Origin: a virus
Lineage: Duplodnaviria > Heunggongvirae > Uroviricota > Caudoviricetes
DNA: 64,000 nt
IMG/VR virus record: IMGVR_UViG_3300029914_000004
Direction: 5' to 3' (one strand)
Part shown: positions 47,770-56,400 of the stretch, piece after piece
Numbering within the stretch: position 1 is the first letter of the stretch
Layout of the letters: each line of letters opens with the position of its first letter
Made by a program: the position numbers and the translations under genes
The notes under the pieces: generated by a model
The model's database searches: none
What the model saw: only the letters and a program-made list of their open reading frames with translations
What the model was told of the DNA's origin: nothing

Positions 47770-47885
47770 CTCAATTGGTAGAGCGGGCGGCTGTGCGAGA
47801 TAGATAATGGAATTTAACCAGTTCAAATCTGGAATCTCGAAAAGTAACCGTCAGGTTGGGGGATCGTGGCCCTCCGAAGGAGCCA
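47760..47885 (+). tRNA. tRNA-Asn(GTT) with 50-nt insert inside the anticodon
   Basis: TCCTTCG/CGAAGGA-GCCA; GGCGG/CCGTC; CTGT[47795-47844]TAA. Confidence 0.75.
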
Positions 47886-47890
47886 AAAAT

Positions 47891-48028
47891 TATAGTGGTG
47901 TGTTTTGAACGGATAACAAGTCAGACTCTATGTGTATACAACGGTGATATGACACTGATTGGGATGGCCGACTGTTGCGAACGGGAATATGACCGTGAAG
48001 TGCCCCAAAGTCTGTGTCTGCCACTATA
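47891..48028 (+). ncRNA. 138-nt structured RNA candidate
   Basis: TATAGTGG/CCACTATA closing stem; CAGAC/GTCTG pairing; GC-richer than flanks. Confidence 0.45.
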
Positions 48029-48381
48029 AATAATTTTATACAATTGTCAGTCAATGATTAGGAAAATATTTCAACAAGGAGAAAATATGGTATATATAAA
48101 TAATAACGGAGTTGTTTTAACAGGAACGGATGCGTGGCCTGTGAATCCATACAAGTCCGAGTCTACAACAAAAATTTTTGAAAATAATGGAGTATCAGAT
48201 TTTACGACGGTACATTTTATAGCAGATGATCCTGGTATTCCGAGAAAATCAGCACGATATAATAATAAACAGAAATTAATTTCAATTTGTGAAAATAATA
48301 ACATATTATATGAAGTCGTTCCTGACGAGTAAAATTATATTTTCTGAAGTTAACATACTATAATTAATCATAAATAATAGT

Positions 48382-48612
48382 ATGAATTATAGTAAACTAT
48401 ATAAAAATATCATTAATAATGCGAAGAATAGAAACAATAATTTATGTTATATTGAATCTCATCATATAATTCCGCGATCTTTGGGTGGAGAGAATGGCAG
48501 TAATAATTTAATAAATCTTACTGCGATAGAACATTTTATATGTCATTTCTTATTGACAAAAATGTATAAAATAATACCGAATTGGTCTAATGGCAATGAC
48601 GCTTCGCTTTGA
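48382..48612 (+). pseudogene. truncated HNH endonuclease running into tRNA-Gln
   Basis: Y.E.HHIIPRSLGG.N...NL..LTA.EHFICH.LL.K, then tRNA sequence. Confidence 0.75.
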
Positions 48613-48650
48613 ACGAAGAAGCACAGATTCGATTTCTGTATTCGGTGCCA
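48576..48650 (+). tRNA. tRNA-Gln(TTG)
   Basis: CTTCG-CTTTGAA-CGAAG; ACCGAAT/ATTCGGT-GCCA. Confidence 0.85.
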
Positions 48651-48895
48651 AAATATTATGAAAAATAAACCAAAAGTTGGACAAAAAATTAGATTAAATA
48701 AATTTGGAGTTAGGCAAATTTATAATAGTTCTATAGCTCCGTCTGGTTTACTGAGGCAAGTGTTTACAATTACTGAAGTAGACGAAGAATCAATGACAGA
48801 GCCAGAAAAACTTGGATGATTGAAGTTGATGATCCAGAGTTAAATCAATTTATGCTTGACAACTGGTGTTTTGATTTAGTGTCATAAATATTAGT

Positions 48896-49384
48896 ATGAG
48901 ATTAAATGAATTTCAAAATAACACAACTTCTACTGAAGTGACCAATTTTGTTAAAGATATAATGCAAATATTGGGTTTATCATCATTTAAATCTCCAGTA
49001 ATTATATATGACGATAATTTTCCTGAAAAAACATTGGGCAATTGTTCATGGTATATTGGAGAAAAAGAAGTTGAAATTCACATTAATATAAAAGTTTTAG
49101 ATTTCAATGACGAAATGATTTTATTTAGGATTTTGGCACATGAATTGTGTCATATGGCAGAATATTTATTGTATTGGATTCCTACTTTAGAAAAACAATT
49201 AAAAATTGTTCATGGAAAAGTTGGATATGAAAAAGAAAAATTTAGAGATTGGTGTAATAACGAAATACAAAAAGCAAGTCATGGACCTCAATGGCAACAT
49301 TTTGCTGATTTATTAAATAGTGAAGTTCCAAATTTTGTTACAAAAACATCAGACAAAAGTTATGATTTAACCAGCAAACAGTAG
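48896..49384 (+). CDS. SprT-like zinc metalloprotease
   Basis: ILAHELCH...HGPQW; MRLNE N-terminus; TAAATA upstream. Confidence 0.75.
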   Translation: MRLNEFQNNTTSTEVTNFVKDIMQILGLSSFKSPVIIYDDNFPEKTLGNCSWYIGEKEVEIHINIKVLDFNDEMILFRILAHELCHMAEYLLYWIPTLEKQLKIVHGKVGYEKEKFRDWCNNEIQKASHGPQWQHFADLLNSEVPNFVTKTSDKSYDLTSKQ

Positions 49385-49521
49385 TAAGCAGAATAACAGA
49401 TAACAAAACTGTAATATGTAAAAAGTAGTTTGCTAAATTTGGAGAACGACTGTAGCCTGATAAAAAGTCGTGGCAGCTTGGAGAGACAGCGAAAATAATT
49501 TAATATAAATGAAGATTTATC

Positions 49522-49550
49522 TTGACAAAGGATAAATAAAGATGTATACT
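49522..49550 (+). promoter_or_regulatory. sigma70-type promoter
   Basis: TTGACA-N17-TATACT. Confidence 0.85.
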
Positions 49551-49580
49551 ACAAGAGTAGTCAGAAATTTGGAGAATAAA

Positions 49581-49655
49581 ATGACATTCAGACATACACA
49601 TATCGAGCCAAGTGACCCACGCATTACAGTCATGGAACCCCGTTTCTGTGTCTGA
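49581..49655 (+). CDS. 24-aa peptide MTFRHTHIEPSDPRITVMEPRFCV
   Basis: GGAG RBS 6 nt upstream, own promoter and terminator. Confidence 0.45.
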   Translation: MTFRHTHIEPSDPRITVMEPRFCV

Positions 49656-49676
49656 AGCTAGATAGTTTGTATTATC

Positions 49677-49708
49677 AAACCTTCTGGCAAATGTCAGAAG
49701 GTTTTTTG
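49677..49708 (+). terminator. intrinsic terminator
   Basis: AAACCTTCTG/CAGAAGGTTT followed by T run. Confidence 0.75.
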
Positions 49709-49925
49709 ATGTTGGAGTGAACATGAAAGAATATAGAATTACAACTCAGAATATAGATTACGGCCAAGAAAATGATTGCGTTATTGATGAGAATGATCCA
49801 ATAAACGAGATTAAGAAATCACTCTTGCTTGGTGGGTTAGGGATGAATAAACCAAAATTGAATACTGAGTTAATTGATAAATTTTGGCCCAAGAAAGATT
49901 AGCAGTGAATTTACCTGCAACAAGT

Positions 49926-50014
49926 GTGCTAGAGGCAACTATCGGTTTGTTGCGCCAGATTGTGACCCTGGACTCGAAAGAGTATTACGGATTCGACTTC
50001 CGCCTAGCACCCCA
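49926..50014 (+). tRNA. tRNA-His(GTG) with long variable arm
   Basis: TT-GTG-AC; C73; 15-nt variable arm ACTC-GAAA-GAGT. Confidence 0.85.
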
Positions 50015-50038
50015 TGTTTAGTAGTAAAGTTTAAATGT

Positions 50039-50126
50039 CGGAATGGCGGCAGGCCTGGTTTGCCTCCACGTTTGGGGCGTGGCGTTCGTAAGAACATCGT
50101 AGGTTCAAATCCTATCATTCCGACCA
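50039..50126 (+). tRNA. tRNA-Pro(TGG) with long variable arm
   Basis: CGGAATG/CATTCCG-ACCA; TT-TGG-GG; 16-nt variable arm. Confidence 0.85.
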
Positions 50127-50167
50127 TAATATTAATAGTAATGTTTCATGTTTATATAAAGTTTAAT

Positions 50168-50246
50168 CAGAGTGAGGGCCATTTGGAAGGCCACTTGGTC
50201 CGGAGCCAAGAAAATCGTGAGAGTTCAAATCTCTCCACTCTGACCA
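50168..50246 (+). tRNA. tRNA-Pro(CGG), C33
   Basis: CTTGG-TCCGGAG-CCAAG; ACCA. Confidence 0.85.
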
Positions 50247-50277
50247 TTTTAAACTAAATACATCTGGAGGGTTTACT

Positions 50278-50574
50278 ATGTATTCAGATGAATTTAGAAA
50301 ATATATGAAAGTAGTTGATGATAATTCTGAAGAAGATTTAGATCAATGGGGTAGACTTGTTAAGAAAATGTTTGGAGAAGATTCTTATGTTGTTAAAGAA
50401 AAAACATCATATGGTCCCAAATATAGAGTTTATGCTAGATTTTATCCACAAGCAATATTGGGGCTCAAAGGAGAAGATGCTGAAATTGAAAAAGCTGTAG
50501 AGAAAGCAAAAGATACTATAGAACATTACAAAACTCCCAAAAAAGCAGTCATAAAATATGAAGGTGGGTGGTAA
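50278..50574 (+). CDS. late-type hypothetical protein
   Basis: TAAATA and GGAGG upstream. Confidence 0.55.
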   Translation: MYSDEFRKYMKVVDDNSEEDLDQWGRLVKKMFGEDSYVVKEKTSYGPKYRVYARFYPQAILGLKGEDAEIEKAVEKAKDTIEHYKTPKKAVIKYEGGW

Positions 50575-50943
50575 ATGAAACTTTGGTTAGATGATATTCG
50601 TGATCCAAAGAGATATGGTTATCATGATATGTATTGGGCTAAAAATTATAATGAAGCGATTGCTGCTTTGAAACTTGGTAAAGTAACATTTGCTTCATTA
50701 GATCATGATATTGGTGCTTGTGAAGATTGTGTAAAATCGTTGTCACACATTGGAGACATGCGCTCGCCTGAGACAACATTTTTTAATCATTGCTCACATG
50801 AAAAATCTGGTTACGATGTAATTTGTTTTATGGAAGATAATGATATATGGCCAACAGACGGTGTAAAAGTTCATAGTATGAATCCAGTTGGCAAAGAAAG
50901 AATGAATCAAGTGATTAGAAAGCAGTATGGAAGAACTTGGTAG
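50575..50943 (+). CDS. cyclic-phosphate-processing receiver-domain (cREC-like) protein
   Basis: MKLWLDDIR, W.KNY.EAI, SLDHD.G, GYD, VHS.NPVG. Confidence 0.75.
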   Translation: MKLWLDDIRDPKRYGYHDMYWAKNYNEAIAALKLGKVTFASLDHDIGACEDCVKSLSHIGDMRSPETTFFNHCSHEKSGYDVICFMEDNDIWPTDGVKVHSMNPVGKERMNQVIRKQYGRTW

Positions 50944-50955
50944 GTATTAATTTGT

Positions 50956-51029
50956 GGAGTATTAGATTAACAGTGGATCGTATCCCTTTCAAGGATAAGG
51001 AGTGGGGGCAGCACCCACATACTCTACCA
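50956..51029 (+). tRNA. tRNA-Glu(TTC)
   Basis: TATCC-CTTTCAA-GGATA; T-loop GGCAGCA; ACCA. Confidence 0.8.
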
Positions 51030-51169
51030 TAAGTTCAAATGCATTTTGCGCTACCTTGCACCTGAATATGAATATACTTGTTGTACTTGTAATAAATTAT
51101 TTAGAACTGATAGAAAGAGAAAAACACAAAATGTTTGTTGTAGCAGAGAATGTAGTTGGCATCAAAAAT

Positions 51170-51245
51170 GATCTATTAGAATAGTTGGTTAGTTCGCAAC
51201 TCCCTCAAAGTTGAAACGAGAGTTCAAATCTCTCATAGATTACCA
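51170..51245 (+). tRNA. tRNA-Glu(CTC), C33
   Basis: CAACT-CCCTCAA-AGTTG; ACCA. Confidence 0.85.
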
Positions 51246-51263
51246 TAAAGTTTGATGATTTAT

Positions 51264-51339
51264 AGGCCTATAGCTCAAGCGGCAGAGCACACGATTGATA
51301 ATCGTGAGGTTGAATCTTCGATTGATTCTAGGCCTACCA
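51264..51339 (+). tRNA. tRNA-Ile(GAT)
   Basis: CACGA-TTGATAA-TCGTG; ACCA. Confidence 0.9.
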
Positions 51340-51350
51340 AAAATTAATAT

Positions 51351-51428
51351 GCGCTCGTATGCCGCTTCGCTTCGAACGAAGAGAAAGCTAATGGATACAT
51401 ACAGGTTCGAGTCCTGCCGAGCGTTCCA
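51351..51428 (+). tRNA. rearranged tRNA-Arg(TCG) with no D arm 5' of the anticodon arm
   Basis: GCGCTCG/CGAGCGT-TCCA; CTTCG-CTTCGAA-CGAAG only 7 nt after the acceptor; 19-nt segment containing GCTAATGGATA 3' of it. Confidence 0.65.
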
Positions 51429-51441
51429 CATTGGAGTTAGA

Positions 51442-52070
51442 ATGAATTGTACTTTATGTAATAAAGAAACAAAAATCCAAAATTTTGTTCGCAATCTTGC
51501 TCAGCAAAATTTTCAAATAAAAATAGAGAACGATCTTTTGATTCACGAGTAAAAATAAGTTCGTCTTTAAGAAATTGTAAATCTCTTTCAACAAGTATTG
51601 AATGTTCAATTTGTGCTAGGAAATTTTATAAATTTGAGTCTAAAGGTAGAAAATATTGTAGTCTTAAATGTTGTGGAATTGCAAAGAAAAATAAATTCAC
51701 TGCTGATTTTTCTCTGAATGGAAAGGGAAATCATAAAAGAGTGTTAATACATGAGCGTGGTTATAAATGCGAACGATGTAAAAATAGTGAATGGATGGGA
51801 ATAGAAATTAATTTGCAATTAGAACATAAGGATGGAAATCATTTTAATAATGAAAAAACAAATTTAGAGCTTTTATGCCTCAATTGCCATAGTCAAACAT
51901 TAACATTTAATCGTAAGAAAACAGCAAAACTTATTTCTGACGATGAATTTTTAAAAGTATTAAATTCATCTAAAAATATTCGTCAATGTTTATTAAAATT
52001 AGGTTTGCAGCAAGGTAGCACAAATTATGATAGAGCCAAAAGATTATTAAGAAGAAATATGCAGCCGTAG
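51442..52070 (+). CDS. HNH endonuclease with Zn fingers, frameshifted at an A5 run
   Basis: MNCTLC; one extra A at 51471-51475 gives NPKFCSQSC ... LEHKDGNHFNN..NLELLCLNCHS. Confidence 0.75.
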
Positions 52071-52147
52071 CCTAGTGGATTCAGGCACCAGTCTACGAAA
52101 CTGGAGAGGAAACTCTAACGCAAGTTCGAATCTTGTCGGCTGCACCA
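52061..52147 (+). tRNA. tRNA-Arg(ACG) with long variable arm
   Basis: CCAGT-CTACGAA-ACTGG; AGAG-GAAA-CTCT arm; overlaps the HNH stop. Confidence 0.9.
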
Positions 52148-52158
52148 AAAGTTTAAAT

Positions 52159-52234
52159 GCAATTATAGATTAGCGGCTAAATCGGATGGTCTACACCCAT
52201 TTCATCACAGGTTCGAGTCCTGTTAATTGCACCA
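52159..52234 (+). tRNA. tRNA-Val(TAC), C33
   Basis: GATGG-TCTACAC-CCATT; ACCA. Confidence 0.85.
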
Positions 52235-52236
52235 AG

Positions 52237-52401
52237 TTTTCTCTGCATCGTGGAATGGACACGAGGCGTTTACCAGGTGATTTGACGCTAAGTTTACTGA
52301 TTTGCATTGCGATCACGGCAATGCAATGGTTGGTCTAAGAGACTAGTAAAATAGTGGTAATATATCAGTTTAGCGATTGATAAGTAACCCACCAGAGAAA
52401 A
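52237..52401 (+). ncRNA. 165-nt multibranch RNA candidate
   Basis: TTTTCTCTG/CAGAGAAAA closing stem; TTGCATTGC/GCAATGCAA, CGTG/CACG, TATCA/TGATA helices. Confidence 0.5.
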
Positions 52402-52466
52402 ATAACTTGTAGCATTATTCTATATTGTGCTATAATAAAGAAGTAAATCAAAGGAGAAATATATTC

Positions 52467-53441
52467 GTGAGTACTTTAAGTACTAAATATTTACCACTCC
52501 CATCAAAAGTTAATCCGGATAAATTAGAAACTCTTTTAAAGAAGCAAGGAAACAAAAATAATATTATTCAAGATGTATATTCTGAGGTTATAGATTTCAT
52601 CACTCAAAATAATCTCATATCAAATGAATTATTAATACCAGAAAAACCTCCAATCCGCATGTTAGAAATAGGCAAAGTTCTATTGTGTGTCATTGAAGAT
52701 TATTCCAAATTTAATACTGAAATGCTCCCCAAAAAATATGTGGAGAATTTTCATTTTTCTTGGGTTAAAAAAGGGTATCGAGTAATTTGGATTAAAAGAT
52801 TTGAGTGGGAAGATTTGAGAAAGCGTAATGTATTACAATCTTTAATTCTTCATGCTTGCGGTAAAACAAAAAATAGATTTTTCGCAAGGAAAACATACGC
52901 TGAAATTATTCCTAGTAAAGATTTAAGAGAATTTTTTAACAATTCTTCTTTTTATGGTTATCGCAATGCTTCGTTTGCTGTTTGTTTAAAAGATAAAAAG
53001 ACTAATGAAATTTTAATGGCTATGAATTTTGGACACCCATATTATGGAAAAAACAAGTATGGAGAAGGCGCTGTAGAATGTATCAGAGCAGCTTCTAAAC
53101 CTCACACAGTTATTGTTGGCGGAATGTCAAAATTAATGAAATTTATGATTGAGCAGTTCGGAAATACTTTTAAATCTTGCGTGTATTATATTGACAGTTC
53201 CCATTATGGGAGTGGATCGATGGGGGCGGCTGGATTTACTTATTCTCATTTTGCTGGAGGAGCGTCACATAATGTTTGGAAAAAAACAGGAAGTATGTTT
53301 ATGAGAACACCAGCATTACATCAGGAAATAATGTTTATGATTAAACAAAACGAAATAGTTGCAGTTCCAGATGTGGGAAATGAAACTTTTATATTTAATA
53401 CCAGCAACGAAATTGGTAATGCAAGTTCAACAGATACATAA
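52467..53441 (+). CDS. Hef-like putative homing endonuclease
   Basis: GYRVIWI..FEW, R.FARK, GGMSKL.KF, YID motifs; free-standing inside the tRNA array. Confidence 0.55.
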   Translation: MSTLSTKYLPLPSKVNPDKLETLLKKQGNKNNIIQDVYSEVIDFITQNNLISNELLIPEKPPIRMLEIGKVLLCVIEDYSKFNTEMLPKKYVENFHFSWVKKGYRVIWIKRFEWEDLRKRNVLQSLILHACGKTKNRFFARKTYAEIIPSKDLREFFNNSSFYGYRNASFAVCLKDKKTNEILMAMNFGHPYYGKNKYGEGAVECIRAASKPHTVIVGGMSKLMKFMIEQFGNTFKSCVYYIDSSHYGSGSMGAAGFTYSHFAGGASHNVWKKTGSMFMRTPALHQEIMFMIKQNEIVAVPDVGNETFIFNTSNEIGNASSTDT

Positions 53442-53510
53442 AGATTGTGTAAGTATGTATTTTCTTGGATCAAAACCAAAGGATACAAATTTCATGATAA
53501 ATAATAATGT

Positions 53511-53585
53511 GCCGAAATGGTGAAAGTGGCATCACGAGACTCTCGTAAAGTTTAATTACGTCCTCAATTGACGTTTTCGGCTCCA
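53511..53585 (+). tRNA. tRNA-Thr(CGT)
   Basis: AGACT-CTCGTAA-AGTTT; T-loop CTCAATT; TCCA. Confidence 0.75.
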
Positions 53586-53598
53586 AAGTTTAATATGT

Positions 53599-53675
53599 GG
53601 CCCTATAGTCTAGTTGGATCAGGCAACTGCCTTCTAAGCAGTATCACGGGAGTTCGAGTCTCTCTAGGGTCACCA
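53599..53675 (+). tRNA. tRNA-Arg(TCT)
   Basis: ACTGC-CTTCTAA-GCAGT; ACCA. Confidence 0.9.
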
Positions 53676-53687
53676 AAAGTTTACTAT

Positions 53688-53762
53688 GCCTCTTAATAAT
53701 AGGTAGCGATTTACTTCACTTGTAATGAAGATAGCTCGGCGCAAGTCCGGGAAGAGGCTCCA
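53688..53762 (+). tRNA. tRNA-Thr(TGT)
   Basis: CTTCA-CTTGTAA-TGAAG; T-loop CGCAAGT; TCCA. Confidence 0.8.
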
Positions 53763-53771
53763 AAATATTAT

Positions 53772-53848
53772 GCTCTCGTGGTCTAAATGGAGAAGGCGCT
53801 TCTTTCCTAAAGAAGAAGATGGGGATTCAAATTCCTCCGAGAGTACCA
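53772..53848 (+). tRNA. tRNA-Arg(CCT)
   Basis: CTTCT-TTCCTAA-AGAAG; ACCA. Confidence 0.85.
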
Positions 53849-53861
53849 AATTTAAATATAC

Positions 53862-53936
53862 GCCCTTTAATAATAGGTAGCGATTTGCAACTCCAGTAAA
53901 GTTGATAGCTCGGCGCAAATCCGGGAAAGGGCTCCA
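53862..53936 (+). tRNA. tRNA-Thr(AGT), paralogue of Thr(TGT)
   Basis: CAACT-CCAGTAA-AGTTG; D and T arms nearly identical to 53688; TCCA. Confidence 0.8.
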
Positions 53937-53943
53937 TTCTATT

Positions 53944-54153
53944 ATGACGAACAAAGAATTTGTTCAATCACTATATCCGCAAGCATATTGTATTCATGCA
54001 ACGTGGCTTCCTTTTAAATCGTATGTAATATGGTGTGTTAATTTTAATAATTATCTCCATAATATGACAAATTATTGCTCAACTGAAAATGATGCATGGA
54101 AACAAGCGGCAATAAAAATTCATGAAAAATTAATTCAAAAATTAGAAAAATAA
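53944..54153 (+). CDS. family A small protein
   Basis: FVQSLYPQA...DAWKQAA..IHEKLIQKLEK. Confidence 0.7.
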   Translation: MTNKEFVQSLYPQAYCIHATWLPFKSYVIWCVNFNNYLHNMTNYCSTENDAWKQAAIKIHEKLIQKLEK

Positions 54154-54860
54154 TCCTTGACATAAATGAATAAATGATATATCATTAATAGTGAAAGAGA
54201 TAAAATATAATTTTATCATTGGTAATTCTTCCATTTGTGATACTTATATGTTTCTGAATTATTATTTGGCAAAAACATGACTCATAGTGAATTTAAAATC
54301 AGTGAAAAATTTACTTGCGGCGATCATATTTGGATGACTACTGATGTTGGCTCTCGCGTTATTGTGGCAATTCAAATTGATGAAGTTAATAAATTAAATT
54401 ATGAGGATGCAAAATCAGAAGGATGGTTTGTTGGTCCTCCTTATGCTGTAAATGAAACTGTATTTGATGAGTACGATATAGTTTTTTGCAAGAAATATTA
54501 ATACGGAGAAATTTTGATTATAATTTGTATATTAGTATTGGGATTAATAGCGATAATTCTTTATTATTCAATAAAATTGCGAAAAGCAAATAATTGTATA
54601 AAGAAAAAACAATTTATTATAGATAACCAATCAAAAGAATTGAGCAGATTTCATTTGTCATGGTCTGTCAATCCGCATGTATATAAAAAGAATAAAACTT
54701 CAGGGATTGGATTTTGTGATGTTTGCTTTAGTGATGACGAAAATGATGGAAACCACATTAAATAATAAAGAGAAATGCACTTGCAATTATATATCAAAAA
54801 CGAGAATGAGTGCAAATTCTTAATAACGAAAAATATTAACTATAAATTTAGAGGATAATT

Positions 54861-55808
54861 ATGAAAAATCTGTATTCAATTGTATTACTATTTTCTGCAT
54901 CTCTTGCTTTGGCTTGCCCTACCCCGCCTCCCACACCAAAGCCAACTCCTACACCAAAACCAGCCCCAATTTTAACAGTTAATTCAGCATCCAATTCTTC
55001 ATCAAAATCCAATTCAACTTCAAAATCTAATTCTTCATCAAAATCCAACTCAACTGCAACAACAGGAGCAAGCACATCAAATGCAACAACAGGTCCAAGC
55101 AGCGCAAATTCAGTAACTGGGCCTAGCACATCATCTGCTACAACTGGAGATCAGTCTGCGACAACTGGAGATCAAAGTGTTACTTCTGATTCAGGCAACC
55201 GAGATGCTATGCTATTCATTCCTTCAGTAGTTCCAGTAACACCACCAAGCACATTGGCAGTAGGAAATATTGTTCAAGTCACATCTGCTTGTGGTCCATT
55301 ACAAAGAATTGTTCAAAATCCAATTAGTGGAACATTTTTTGGAGTAGTTAAAAAATCACAAATTATTCAAGGAAATACTGATACATTAGCTCCTTACTTA
55401 GACGAAAAAGGATTGCCACAATATTATAATGATGTTCCATTGAATGATGGCAGAAAAGGATATACTCGTTTCGGCCATCAAGTAACTCAATATACTACAA
55501 TAGTTGGATTGAGTGGAGTTCGTAATGTTGCGGCTGGCGCCGGCGGAGGAAGTTCTTGGGGACAAGTTGGTGGAGGATCAAGTGCTTCAATTCAGCAAAT
55601 TGTAACAACAATTCAATTGCAAATATGCGAAGTTGGTACTTTTGTTCAGCCTGCTCCAGTTGTAACTCATACTCTTACACAAGGTCCAATTACTGTCCCA
55701 GATGTAACTATTATGGTTGTGGATGAAAACTATACTAAAAAATTAACTCACAAAAAAGTATCGCCGCAATCTTCAACAGTTAAGAAACCAACCAATTGTG
55801 TTAAATAA
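54861..55808 (+). CDS. secreted Pro/Thr- and Ser-rich protein
   Basis: signal peptide; PTPPPTPKPTP; SNSSSK and ATTG repeats. Confidence 0.7.
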   Translation: MKNLYSIVLLFSASLALACPTPPPTPKPTPTPKPAPILTVNSASNSSSKSNSTSKSNSSSKSNSTATTGASTSNATTGPSSANSVTGPSTSSATTGDQSATTGDQSVTSDSGNRDAMLFIPSVVPVTPPSTLAVGNIVQVTSACGPLQRIVQNPISGTFFGVVKKSQIIQGNTDTLAPYLDEKGLPQYYNDVPLNDGRKGYTRFGHQVTQYTTIVGLSGVRNVAAGAGGGSSWGQVGGGSSASIQQIVTTIQLQICEVGTFVQPAPVVTHTLTQGPITVPDVTIMVVDENYTKKLTHKKVSPQSSTVKKPTNCVK

Positions 55809-55823
55809 ATTTTAAGGATAAAT

Positions 55824-56141
55824 ATGTTTTTTAGAAAAATTCCAGTGGTTATAGAAGCAGTTCAAATCAAAGCATCAGATTTTAATGGATCGACATTTGA
55901 TGGTTGCCCGTTTTCAGACACGCCAAAATGGTTATTGAAAGCATTAAAAGATGGAACAGTATCAATATACAAAGATGATCGAGATTATGCAAGATGGCAA
56001 ATTAAAACTTTAGAAGATGGCCCAAATGGAGAAGCAAAACATATTGCAGATCCTGGAGACTGGATCATTAAAGGAGTTAACGATGAATTATATTTCTGTA
56101 AACCTGATATATTTAAAAAGACATATGTAACTCTTGAATAA
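55824..56141 (+). CDS. conserved phage protein (PGDYG-like)
   Basis: K.PVVIEAVQ, TLE.G, PGDWIIKGV..E.Y.CKPDIF.KTY. Confidence 0.75.
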   Translation: MFFRKIPVVIEAVQIKASDFNGSTFDGCPFSDTPKWLLKALKDGTVSIYKDDRDYARWQIKTLEDGPNGEAKHIADPGDWIIKGVNDELYFCKPDIFKKTYVTLE

Positions 56142-56400
56142 AGGATTTCTATGATTAGAATGAATAACAACGATGCAGTTATCATCGCTTGTATTGCTCA
56201 ATTTTCAAAAATTCCTAAAAAGAATCAAGATGAATTATTATCAGAATTGAATGATAAACAATTAAAATCTCTTTGTAAATTTATAATGCATCCTGCTTTA
56301 ATTGATGGAAAACCAGACTCTGAAGAAGCAAAAGTTGCAAAATATTTTATAAAATGGGTTGAAAATAATAAAGCCAATAAAGAAAAAAGAAGGAGAATCA

